Positions 9,470 through 18,503 of a DNA stretch of 64,000 nucleotides are shown piece by piece. The translations under genes and the position numbers were made by a program. Positions within the stretch are counted from its first letter, which is position 1, and each line of letters starts with the position of its first letter. The DNA lies in assembly GCA_964430885.1 (NCBI GenBank), contig CAYSHM010000006.1:75803-139802 (forward strand), written 5' to 3'. The notes beneath the pieces were generated by a model that made no database searches, had not been told where the DNA came from, and saw only the letters and a program-made list of their open reading frames with translations. The DNA comes from an uncultured archaeon (GTDB lineage Archaea > Thermoplasmatota > Penumbrarchaeia > JASLWR01).

Positions 9470-9945
9470 GCCAGGATATGAGGAAGATATTGATAGGTAG
9501 TGATCACGGGGGATTTGAGTTAAAGGAGATTATTAGACAGTTCCTCAAGGACCAGGGATACCGGGTTGTTGATTTTGGTTGCTATTCGCCGGACCCTGTT
9601 GACTATCCAGATATTGCCTTTTTGGTCTCTCAGGGGGTGTGTTCGAATCCTAATTCAATTGGTATAATGATAGATGGGGTAGGTGTTGCCAGTACAATGG
9701 TTGCAAACAAGATTCCCGGGATCAGGGCCGCCCTTTGCTGGAATCAGTTCAGCGCACACAATGCACGTGAGCACAACAATGCAAATATGCTCGTCCTAGG
9801 GGGTAGGGTAATCGGTGATATATTGGCCAGGAGCATTGTGAAGGAATTCCTGGAAACAGAATTTGCCGGCGGACGGCACGCACGGAGGGTAGACAAGATA
9901 ATGGCGATTGAAGCCAAATATCTGAGGTCTATTCAGGAAAAATGA
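9466..9945 (+). CDS. rpiB: Ribose-5-phosphate isomerase B (RpiB/LacAB family)
   Basis: 'KILIGSDHGGFELKE', 'MLVLGGRVIG', 'FAGGRHARRVDKI'. ATG at 9466 overlaps tpiA stop (ATGA); alternative ATG at 9478. Confidence 0.8.
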   Translation: MSQDMRKILIGSDHGGFELKEIIRQFLKDQGYRVVDFGCYSPDPVDYPDIAFLVSQGVCSNPNSIGIMIDGVGVASTMVANKIPGIRAALCWNQFSAHNAREHNNANMLVLGGRVIGDILARSIVKEFLETEFAGGRHARRVDKIMAIEAKYLRSIQEK

Positions 9946-10047
9946 GTTAAAAGTTAACAGAGTTAGGATAAATTTATTAGTTCAGTGTAATAATAATATA
10001 AAACTTAATAATATAGAGTTGAGAGACGAATCTTGAGGAGTGAACCA

Positions 10048-10335
10048 ATGTATATCGGTAAAGTAATGGGAACCGTGGTGGCCACAAGGAAGATAGATAC
10101 CCTTAAAGGGATCAAACTGCTCCTAATACAGCCCTTGGATGATGATATGAAACCCTCGGGAAGGTTACTGGTGGCCGGGGATGCCCAGGGAGATACAGGA
10201 GAAGGTGATGTGGTATATTTGGTCACCAAGAAGGAAGCCTGTTTCCCCTTCGGTGGTCTGACCCCCCTTGATCACGCTGTGGCGGGTTATATTGATGATT
10301 ATCATATTGAAGAATCTTTAAAAGAGGGGAAATAA
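10048..10335 (+). CDS. BMC vertex protein (EutN/PduN/CcmL family), third paralog
   Basis: 'MYIGKVMGTVVATRKIDTLKGIKLLLIQP...LVAGDAQGDTGEGDVVYLV'. ORF-track TTG start at 10033; first ATG at 10048 after GAGGAG. Confidence 0.8.
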   Translation: MYIGKVMGTVVATRKIDTLKGIKLLLIQPLDDDMKPSGRLLVAGDAQGDTGEGDVVYLVTKKEACFPFGGLTPLDHAVAGYIDDYHIEESLKEGK

Positions 10336-10640
10336 GCATAACATGGACACTGCGGACAACCATCCAAGGCTCTATTTACCTGGAAGAAATATTTGGACAG
10401 TAAATAATAATATAGGAATAAGGTAAGATTAGTGTGTTAATTTAATCCTGTTACCAGGATGTGAATTCATAATAGTATTGGATAGGGCATGGGTATGAGT
10501 AAAGGTAAAAAGCAATAGATGAAAAATTCGAAATCAGCTATTGAAATGTATAATCAATCAAAAATTATTGAGAAGTAGTAGTCAAGGATTATTACAATGG
10601 AGATACATTGAATCCAAAACAAATCAAGGAGGAAAAATAA

Positions 10641-10934
10641 ATGAGAGATCTACAGAAAATTGCATTGGGAATGATTGAGACAAAGGGAGAGATAGGAGCT
10701 ATAGAAGCTGCAGATGCCATGGTAAAGGCAGCCAAAGTGACCCTTATCGGAAAGGATTTCGTCGGCGGCGGCTATGTGTGCGTTATGGTCAGGGGAGAGG
10801 TTGGGGCTGTCAAGGCGGCAATAGACGCCGGTGGAGCCGCTGCAGCCAGGGTCGGAGAGCTTGTCTCAGTTCACGTTATTCCCAGGCCCCACGAGGAAGT
10901 AGAGGATGTTCTGCCTTCCATTGATAGGGATTAA
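10641..10934 (+). CDS. BMC hexamer shell protein (BMC-H, PduA/EutM/CcmK-like)
   Basis: '[26 protein letters not shown]...[33 protein letters not shown]' matches the canonical BMC-H pattern closely. AAGGAGG upstream. Confidence 0.9.
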   Translation: MRDLQKIALGMIETKGEIGAIEAADAMVKAAKVTLIGKDFVGGGYVCVMVRGEVGAVKAAIDAGGAAAARVGELVSVHVIPRPHEEVEDVLPSIDRD

Positions 10935-11265
10935 AGTAATACTGCATTAAATTGTTATTTGCAGGGATGGGCTGAAATATTCGCCTGCTCCCTTAGAGAA
11001 CAGGATTTGCATTTGGAGATTTATCCTCAAAATAATAATGATATTCTTTTAGGAAGATCATCTGAATGTTTTATCCTGCAATTTACTCAATAGGATTAAA
11101 TCGAATTGATATCTATGGTGATCATGAAAGCAAAGGCCATATGTCAATTACTTCCAGATTGAAATGCGGGTAGTATTGTTACCTTTGATATCAAGATCCG
11201 GGATATGGAATGTATGGCCTAAACACCACGAAAAAATTCAAGAATAGTGATAATGAAGTGATACA

Positions 11266-12705
11266 ATGGAAAGGGAGGAAGCGATCAAAAGGATAACCGA
11301 AGAGGTTCTTGCAAGAATTAGGGGCGCATCTTCGGGTAATTCTTTGAATACCTCACAGGGATCTGCCGCGGATCAATCCGAAAAGGGACGGAGTGCACCT
11401 TATTTAGCCTCTGGGGGAAAATCCATTATTATGATACTCAGCGGAGACCGGACTATTGAGGATCTGAGAGAGGACATCAGTTCCATATGCAGTAGCCAGA
11501 AGGTTGAAATGATAGTGGTATCCGATTGGGCTCTTAGGTCCTTCAACATCTTTAAACTCAAGGGTTTAGCTCCTGGGATAAAACTGCTCCAGGAGGGGGA
11601 CATATTGGGCAGCAAGACAATATCAGACATCTTATCAGACGTTGACTCGGTCTATGTTCTCGACCTGGATATTCCCAGTGCTTCGCGTATTGCAGATTTT
11701 GCTCCAGTGCTGCCTGCTGAAAGGGTTATCACAGGGGCAATTATTTCCGGTAAAAGCGTTATCTGTTCACATGCACTTCTGAGCCCAATGGCAGGGGAGC
11801 TAACTCCTCCATGCGCCCGTGAGGCCATTTCCGCAGTTGAGAAGAAGCTCGTGGCCGTCGGTGTTGCCATGCTTGGTTCGGGGACTTCTTTCAGTGATAA
11901 TGAAGCAGTGGAACAGGCCCTAGCCCGCTGCCCGGCGGGTGAAGGAGAATGTATTGGATGCGGATTGTGCGTGAACCTGAACACAGCAGGCGTGGAGAAC
12001 ATCTTTTCAGCCGGAGCCCAGAGGATTAGTACGGCTACCGGATTGGATACCCCCAATCCAGATATGGCTCGTATGATAGATCACACGCTGCTGAAACCCG
12101 CTGCCACAGAGGATGATATCCGGGAGCTATGTGATGAGGCTAGAAGATACAATTTCGCTACGGTATGTGTTAATCCATCCCATGTAGCCCTTGCAGCAAG
12201 GGAGCTGAGAGGAACGGATGTTGGTATCACCACTGTCATCGGTTTCCCCCTGGGAGCAACAACCCATACCGCAAAGTCCATTGAGACCCGGGATGCAATA
12301 GCCAATGGCGCCAATGAGATAGATATGGTGGTTAACGTTGGCGCTCTGAAGGCTGGCAACGATGATCTGGTAAAAAGGGATATTGCGTCAGTGGTGAACG
12401 CTGCAGGCAATGATGCTATTGTCAAGGTGATTCTTGAGACCTCTCTGCTGAATGACGAGGAGAAGGTCAGGGGCTGCCTGCTCTCAAAGATGGCCGGGGC
12501 GGATTATGTGAAGACATCCACTGGTTTTGGTCCTGGCGGCGCTACCGTAGAGGATATCCGCTTAATGAGGCAGACTGTGGGCCCAGATATGGGGGTTAAG
12601 GCCTCTGGAGGGATCAGAAATACAGACGATGCCAATGCCATGCTTGAAGCAGGTGCTTCAAGGATAGGTGCTAGTGCTTCAGTTGCCATTGTTAAGGGCG
12701 CATGA
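11266..12705 (+). CDS. deoC: Deoxyribose-phosphate aldolase (DERA/DeoC) fused to about 265-aa N-terminal domain of unknown function with Cys cluster and encapsulation-peptide-like N-terminus
   Basis: C-terminal 'IDHTLLKP...VCVNP...[12 protein letters not shown]...VKASGGIR' are DeoC hallmarks. N-terminal '[15 protein letters not shown]' amphipathic helix; Cys cluster '[14 protein letters not shown]'. Confidence 0.85.
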   Translation: MEREEAIKRITEEVLARIRGASSGNSLNTSQGSAADQSEKGRSAPYLASGGKSIIMILSGDRTIEDLREDISSICSSQKVEMIVVSDWALRSFNIFKLKGLAPGIKLLQEGDILGSKTISDILSDVDSVYVLDLDIPSASRIADFAPVLPAERVITGAIISGKSVICSHALLSPMAGELTPPCAREAISAVEKKLVAVGVAMLGSGTSFSDNEAVEQALARCPAGEGECIGCGLCVNLNTAGVENIFSAGAQRISTATGLDTPNPDMARMIDHTLLKPAATEDDIRELCDEARRYNFATVCVNPSHVALAARELRGTDVGITTVIGFPLGATTHTAKSIETRDAIANGANEIDMVVNVGALKAGNDDLVKRDIASVVNAAGNDAIVKVILETSLLNDEEKVRGCLLSKMAGADYVKTSTGFGPGGATVEDIRLMRQTVGPDMGVKASGGIRNTDDANAMLEAGASRIGASASVAIVKGA

Positions 12706-12818
12706 GCCAAGGATCTCTTAAATATCCATTCCAGGTATACTAACTACCAAATGGAAGTCGCCTAGTTGCATGAAACTAGTGCAAGCTGTAGTAAATAATG
12801 CATGAAGGGATTGGATAA

Positions 12819-14678
12819 ATGAATGAAAAAGACCTCCAAAGGGACGATGGTCCCGCTACAGGGAATACCATGGAAAATGAAGAGGAGTTTTCATACACTT
12901 CCGGTGAAATAACCGGCAAATCTCCCATGGAGCAAACTCTGGATCAAGGTCTTCAATTTCTCGAATACCTCCAAAAGCGGAAGGAAACATACAGGGCGGT
13001 CAAACTATATTTTCATAATGACATGGACGGTTTTGCTTCCTCACTTCTTGTGAACCATCTCCTGACAAAGATCGGTTATGAAATTCCTCTGGAGAACATA
13101 CACCCCTTGGCTCATGTCAACCTGAATAATGTGGCAATAGATGAACAGCATCTATTTTTCTTTGTAGATATACGGCCCCCTAGCTCAGCTTTCAAAGAAT
13201 CAAGTCTGGCGGGAGAGGATAGACCTTTCATGGAAAATGTTTTCTGTGTGGATCATCACACAACCCTGGATTCACCCCTTTCACCCCATGCGAATTTCTT
13301 TCTTTACAACTATGAGATCGATGATATTCTTCCATCCACTGCCACCTTCCTGATGTATTATCTTGTAATGCTTGAGAAAGGGATCAGGGGAACCTACGGT
13401 GCCCTCATGAGGGAATGGATGACGAACCCCCCCATGAACACAAGATATCTTCTGCTACAGGCCACCATTGCTGATCATCTTCATCTTCTGTCGGAAAAGC
13501 TACCCAATAATCCCCTGAGGTATCTATCCAACCTGCTTATTGAGGATATGGATGCCTATGTGCTCCTATCAATAACCACCTCACTGCTGCTGGGAGGGGA
13601 CGGCGGACATATGGATATGTTCAGGCAACTATATTCCGAAGCCCTGGGGAATATCAATCAGGAATTAATGGCCCAGAAATTAGAGAACAATCTTTCTCAG
13701 GTACTTTCGCTTTTTGAATTCGTGGATATTCTCATGAAGAAGCGTAAGGAATTCATCGATGATATGGCCAAGGATATGGATGGGGAGATCCAGAGAACAG
13801 AAGCTGGGATCAGCGGAATGACGGATACCCTGAATAACTATAACACCGCAGCCGATAAGATCAAGGAGGAACTCTCATTCCAGAATATAGCTATGGGGAA
13901 ACTGAAGGATCTTCGAAATGATTACATGGGTATCAGGGAGCAGATGACGCGTTTAGAGAACCAGATAGGTATTGAGTTGGGAAGGCTTGAAAAACAGAAA
14001 GTTCTCAGATACCATCTTGTGGCTGAAGGAGACATCAATTTATCAGTTTTCCTGCCACCCCAGAACAATGATCAGGTTAGAGGCATACTGTCATCACTTC
14101 TATTTTATCACGGTAATAACAACATCATCATAGAGGAGAAGACATCCAAGGCCGTGTGGAGTTCAAGGGGTTATGAGGGAAAGGAATTGGAAAGCTTCCT
14201 GACAACAGTATCGGTGGACATGGAGAAATTGATGGAACTGAAGGAACATCAGGAGGCGGTGGAGGAATTTAAGGGAGATCCAACCATAATTGAGAAGCTT
14301 GAATTGGATGAGAGGTCCCCTCCTTTGATATCTGTGGAGAACCGATATATCGGACAGATGGGTGGCAGGAGTAGGATATTCGGCGGTATCATTACCAGCA
14401 ATGTCACCCTTGATGCTAGCACTTTGGTTCAAGACAGAGGAGGTAATGAACTACAGTCCATACTTACGGTTCCTCACCAGCGGTTCTGGATATCAACTAT
14501 ACAAGCAATAAAGGAAAAATTCAAGGAGAGCCAGTGGTTCACAGTACAGGTGGAAGGGGGTGCAAGCTTGGGCGAGATACTCTCAGACCAGTGGGAGCTG
14601 CTGCTGATGCATTTCATGGGCAATAGGATGTCATACAGGATTTTTGAACTGAAAAGCAATGGTCAAGATGGCATCTGA
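12819..14678 (+). CDS. DHH-family phosphoesterase-like protein with central coiled-coil
   Basis: 'HNDMDGFAS' and 'VDHHT' resemble DHH motifs I and III of RecJ/NrnA-type phosphoesterases; rest unassigned. Confidence 0.45.
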   Translation: MNEKDLQRDDGPATGNTMENEEEFSYTSGEITGKSPMEQTLDQGLQFLEYLQKRKETYRAVKLYFHNDMDGFASSLLVNHLLTKIGYEIPLENIHPLAHVNLNNVAIDEQHLFFFVDIRPPSSAFKESSLAGEDRPFMENVFCVDHHTTLDSPLSPHANFFLYNYEIDDILPSTATFLMYYLVMLEKGIRGTYGALMREWMTNPPMNTRYLLLQATIADHLHLLSEKLPNNPLRYLSNLLIEDMDAYVLLSITTSLLLGGDGGHMDMFRQLYSEALGNINQELMAQKLENNLSQVLSLFEFVDILMKKRKEFIDDMAKDMDGEIQRTEAGISGMTDTLNNYNTAADKIKEELSFQNIAMGKLKDLRNDYMGIREQMTRLENQIGIELGRLEKQKVLRYHLVAEGDINLSVFLPPQNNDQVRGILSSLLFYHGNNNIIIEEKTSKAVWSSRGYEGKELESFLTTVSVDMEKLMELKEHQEAVEEFKGDPTIIEKLELDERSPPLISVENRYIGQMGGRSRIFGGIITSNVTLDASTLVQDRGGNELQSILTVPHQRFWISTIQAIKEKFKESQWFTVQVEGGASLGEILSDQWELLLMHFMGNRMSYRIFELKSNGQDGI

Positions 14679-14939
14679 TTTTCTGCACCTGAAATATGAT
14701 CACTTCACTTCGATAGCCTATCATCCAATGATATATTCCAATGAAAAATTTTAAAAATGATACACCTTTTCCACTTACAGAACCGAATAGGAGTTTTTTC
14801 GGGGATAATATGAACTAAAAAATGTTATACTTGGTGTAACATAAACATGGATTCATAGTGTATTGGTTTGATCAATCAAAGTGCTAAGGGGATTGAATTG
14901 ATCTTGGTGATCTCCCGAGGAGATACAAGAGGTGGATAG

Positions 14940-15827
14940 ATGAACATTGAGAACAAGTTATGGTTTGGAATCATAGTAGGTGCAGTTGTTTTGCTGATAG
15001 TTTCAGTTATTCTTTATGCTACATTCAAAGAGGAAAACGTTGAGGAAGGAAAGACCTCCATTCCTGTAATTCTAGAGGGTTATGAGATAGAGTACAAATA
15101 TACGGTCCGAATCGGCGGACCTAACGGACCGGTATATGATTCCAATATGGACAATATCATAAACTCATCTCTGGTTGAGAAAACGGTTTTCTATAATAAC
15201 TATGCTCAATGGCCGGAACGTTTCATAGTTGGTGAGCACCCGGCCGATGCGGAATTACCTTCCTTCAGCGATCATTTCATTGGACATGAGGAAGGGGACC
15301 ATTTCAATTTCGTTCTTTCGGGGGTGAGCCGTCTAGAATATAACGACAGTAAAAGGGTGGAAATACCTGTGAAGGAGAAGATACCTCTCTATGAGACAGT
15401 GAACAAAGAGCAGTTCAAATCATCGTTAGGAGCTGTGGATTTGAAGGTTGGTATGATATATAATCATGGTTTTTGGGGATGGGAAATTGAGATTTTTGAA
15501 TTTATCGACGAGAATAATATGACAATTTATCACAGACCTGAGATAGGTTACGAAATAGATGTTCTTCCCTGGTCTTCCGAAGTGAAGGATGTATCATCTG
15601 AAACGGGTTTCATAACTCTGAATCATGATCTGACAGATAAAGATCTTCTAAAGGGCCAGTTCTACCCCTTTGAATACACGGATTATTCTGACCATTTTGA
15701 TAATATGAACAATCCGGGTTACATCCAACAGCTTGGTCCGAATTATATAGTGATCGAGTTCAATGATGAACGCGCAGGTGCGGATATTTATTTTGATATA
15801 GAGATAGTGAGGATTCTGAATTCCTGA
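14940..15827 (+). CDS. N-terminally membrane-anchored protein, function unknown (possibly FKBP-like)
   Basis: N-terminal TM helix 'LWFGIIVGAVVLLIVSVILYA'; ORF with ATG start. Confidence 0.4.
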   Translation: MNIENKLWFGIIVGAVVLLIVSVILYATFKEENVEEGKTSIPVILEGYEIEYKYTVRIGGPNGPVYDSNMDNIINSSLVEKTVFYNNYAQWPERFIVGEHPADAELPSFSDHFIGHEEGDHFNFVLSGVSRLEYNDSKRVEIPVKEKIPLYETVNKEQFKSSLGAVDLKVGMIYNHGFWGWEIEIFEFIDENNMTIYHRPEIGYEIDVLPWSSEVKDVSSETGFITLNHDLTDKDLLKGQFYPFEYTDYSDHFDNMNNPGYIQQLGPNYIVIEFNDERAGADIYFDIEIVRILNS

Positions 15828-15839
15828 TGAGGTGATGTA

Positions 15840-16766
15840 ATGGCAAGGAAAAGAAGCGTGGACGGATCAAAAAGAGGAAAACACGGCGGAGACGCATCCA
15901 TGTTCGATGATATCGATGAGTACAGTATAAGGGAAGAGGTGAGGGGTTCGGTCATGAAGGAGTCATCCCGCAGAAAAGCCTTAATGCCTTATGTGGTTCT
16001 GGTACTTGTAATATTAGCAATAATAGGAGGGTATTTTGCCTACATGTATCTTATAAAGGAAGACAAGGATACACCTGCTTCTGATTTCAATGAGGATAAT
16101 TCCTTCATTGCAGATGTGGAGATAAAGGTAGAGACCAAGACCGATGGTGATGGAAGCCACAGCCCTTTTGATTACAGTATGCACAAGGTTGATCCTTCTA
16201 GGGGAACCCAATACCTGCTTTTGATCAAGAACAAGGGTGAAGAAAAGGATTCTTTCCGATTGACTGCGGACAATCCCAGCGGTTGGTCAGTCACCTTCGA
16301 AGGTGGTAATGTCATGACGGACATGTCCCCGGGGTACTGGGATTACAAGATAATGACCATAAAGGTGACTGATTCAAGTGATTCCTATAGGGACATAAAG
16401 ATTACAGCTACTTCATTATCAGACCCGTTAGTAAAGGACAGTATTATCACCAAGAACACAGTGGAATCTCTTCCTCCTGGCGAAGCAGATCTGAACAATG
16501 ATCCGGCTAAGGTAGATTACAATTTGGTATATTACGGCGGAGGAACTTCCGGGGAGAAGGGCTGGTATCATAATCAGGGTAGCGAGTTCGAGGCCACAAA
16601 TGTTATTCAGGGGTTCAAGGAGGCCATCAAGGGAATGAGAGTAGGCCAGACCAAAGTAATAGAGGTTCCACCTGAAAAGGGATATGGTCCGGATGATGAG
16701 AAGCATGTTGGCGGCCGTCCCCTGGTCTTCGAGATCACAATGCTGGATGTCAACACCAATAATTAG
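15840..16766 (+). CDS. Membrane-anchored protein with C-terminal FKBP-type peptidyl-prolyl isomerase domain
   Basis: TM helix 'VVLVLVILAIIGGYFAYMYL'; C-terminal 'FKEAIKGMRVGQTKVIEVPPEKGYG' FKBP-like. Confidence 0.55.
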   Translation: MARKRSVDGSKRGKHGGDASMFDDIDEYSIREEVRGSVMKESSRRKALMPYVVLVLVILAIIGGYFAYMYLIKEDKDTPASDFNEDNSFIADVEIKVETKTDGDGSHSPFDYSMHKVDPSRGTQYLLLIKNKGEEKDSFRLTADNPSGWSVTFEGGNVMTDMSPGYWDYKIMTIKVTDSSDSYRDIKITATSLSDPLVKDSIITKNTVESLPPGEADLNNDPAKVDYNLVYYGGGTSGEKGWYHNQGSEFEATNVIQGFKEAIKGMRVGQTKVIEVPPEKGYGPDDEKHVGGRPLVFEITMLDVNTNN

Positions 16767-17009
16767 AACGATCAAGTTCGACCAGCTAAGTGCCGACCCA
16801 CAAAGCAAAAACTCAATCATCCCTCGTTTGGAAACAATGGGTTTGATTTGTAAGTTAATTATTAATAGGAGTTTGAGGAATAAGGGTCGGAAATGGAATC
16901 CTTTGGCATTTGGGTATAATAGTGTATATTGAATGACATGGGAACTCCGATTTAATCAATAACTATAGTTCACACTGATGAATATTAATGGATAAGGAGA
17001 GGTGTAAGG

Positions 17010-17288
17010 ATGAAGTTGCCAAGAAGGATAAAAACGTACTGTCCGTTCTGCAAGGTCCACACGGAGCATAAGGTGGAAAATGTGAAGAAGAAGAAGGCTT
17101 CTGAGCTGAAATGGGGACAGAGACGTTTCAGAAAGGTAATGAGAGGGTACAGGGGATTTCCCAGACCCAAACCCGAAGGCAGGGAAAAACCAACCAAAAG
17201 AATATATCTACGAAAAAGGTGCACCCAGTGCAATAAAGCTCATCAGAGCAAATGTTTCAGATCAGGGAAATTTGCGTTCAAGGATTGA
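17010..17288 (+). CDS. rpl44e: Ribosomal protein L44e (eL42)
   Basis: '[15 protein letters not shown]...KRCTQCNK' zinc-ribbon ribosomal protein pattern; archaeal/eukaryotic-specific. Confidence 0.85.
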   Translation: MKLPRRIKTYCPFCKVHTEHKVENVKKKKASELKWGQRRFRKVMRGYRGFPRPKPEGREKPTKRIYLRKRCTQCNKAHQSKCFRSGKFAFKD

Positions 17289-17293
17289 TAATT

Positions 17294-17509
17294 ATGCATA
17301 TACAAAAACAGACCAAGTATTTGGATACACCTAACAGCAAATACTTAAAGGTGAAATGTCACGACTGCATGAACGAGCAGGTAATATTCAACAAGGCCAG
17401 TAATGTTGTGAAATGTTTGGTTTGCGGGGCTACTTTAGCAGAACCCACCGGCGGAATGGCCAAGGTAAAGAGTAAGATATTGGCCGTTGTTGACAGAAAG
17501 TACAGATGA
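17294..17509 (+). CDS. rps27e: Ribosomal protein S27e (eS27)
   Basis: '[36 protein letters not shown]' matches the S27e C4 zinc-finger pattern. Alternative ATG at 17252. Confidence 0.8.
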   Translation: MHIQKQTKYLDTPNSKYLKVKCHDCMNEQVIFNKASNVVKCLVCGATLAEPTGGMAKVKSKILAVVDRKYR

Positions 17510-18297
17510 AGGTAGAGATTTATATGGCAAACCGATTCGAATGGCCTTTGGAAGATGAACTGGTTGTATGTACCGTAAAAAGGGTTCTTGATTATGGTGC
17601 TTTTGTTACCCTGGATGAATATCAGGATAAAGAAGGCTTCATCCATATTGCTGAGATCGCTTCCGGTTGGGTCAAATATATCGGCAACCATATTAGAGAA
17701 AAGGCCAAGGTTGTTACCAAGGTCCTTCGTGTGGATCCTCGAAGGGAGCATATAGATCTCTCCTTGAAGAGGGTCAATGACCACCAGAAGAGGGCAAAGA
17801 TACAGGAGTGGAGAAGAAATACCAAGATGCTGAAGCTCTTCGAACTTCTCTCAAAAAGAATAGAGAAAGAGCTGAAATTGTGTTATAGAGAGTTTGGTTT
17901 CTCACTGATGGAGAAATACGGCTCCCTTTATAACTCCTTTGAAGCGGTATCTATCAATAACAATGTCCTTGAAGAGGACGGTTTCCAGGGAGACTGGGTG
18001 GAGCATTTTGTTGATATTGCACGGACCAATATAACTCCCCCCTATGTATCCATTTCAGAGAAAATATACCTATTCTCTCCTGCTCCCAATGGAGTGGAAC
18101 ATGTTAAGGAAGCTATAGGTTCGGTGATCAAAAATTCCGAGGAAAACGTCAAGATCACCTATGTAGGGGCGCCGGAATACCGGATCTCCGTCATCGCCCG
18201 CGATTATAAAAATGCGGAATCAGTAATGGCTAATACTGCAGGAGATGTTATTGATAAGATAACATCAACGGGCGGTTATGGTTCATTCGATAGATAA
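17506..18297 (+). CDS. eif2a: Translation initiation factor 2 alpha subunit (aIF2-alpha)
   Basis: S1 domain '[41 protein letters not shown]'. ATG overlaps the S27e stop. Confidence 0.8.
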   Translation: MKVEIYMANRFEWPLEDELVVCTVKRVLDYGAFVTLDEYQDKEGFIHIAEIASGWVKYIGNHIREKAKVVTKVLRVDPRREHIDLSLKRVNDHQKRAKIQEWRRNTKMLKLFELLSKRIEKELKLCYREFGFSLMEKYGSLYNSFEAVSINNNVLEEDGFQGDWVEHFVDIARTNITPPYVSISEKIYLFSPAPNGVEHVKEAIGSVIKNSEENVKITYVGAPEYRISVIARDYKNAESVMANTAGDVIDKITSTGGYGSFDR

Positions 18298-18323
18298 ATA
18301 ATTTTTTCAAGAGGGCATGGATC

Positions 18324-18503
18324 ATGAAGCATTTTTTATTCAAGTGTTCAGAATGTTCAGTCTATACTATGGACCAACAATGCCCAGAATGCGGTAATAC
18401 AGCTTGGGCTGTGGAACCCCCTCGTTTTTCACCACAGGACCGTTGGGGGAAATACCGCAGAAAGTTATTACTTAACTTGGAGAATGATGAGAATGATGGA
18501 TAG
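18324..18503 (+). CDS. nop10: H/ACA ribonucleoprotein component Nop10 (59 aa; absent from ORF track)
   Basis: Hand translation from ATG 18324: MKHFLFKCSECSVYTMDQQCPECGNTAWAVEPPRFSPQDRWGKYRRKLLLNLENDENDG, stop TAG 18501-18503. Zinc ribbon plus 'PPRFSP' motif; canonical position after aIF2-alpha. Confidence 0.7.
   Translation: MKHFLFKCSECSVYTMDQQCPECGNTAWAVEPPRFSPQDRWGKYRRKLLLNLENDENDG

Noticed and set aside
9466-9945. Encapsulation peptide on RpiB
   Set aside because: Only about 4-6 extra N-terminal residues before the conserved 'KILIGSDHGG' start; too short to form a targeting helix.
2792-12705. Possibility that the BMC locus sits on a bacterial contig or is an assembly chimera
   Set aside because: Not supported by what is visible: archaeal-type surface-protein genes with matching C-terminal PPRPP(K/R)Q tails lie on both sides (1..2439 and 28167..32378) and composition looks uniform. 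Cannot be fully excluded without read data, so it is listed as the main refutation test.
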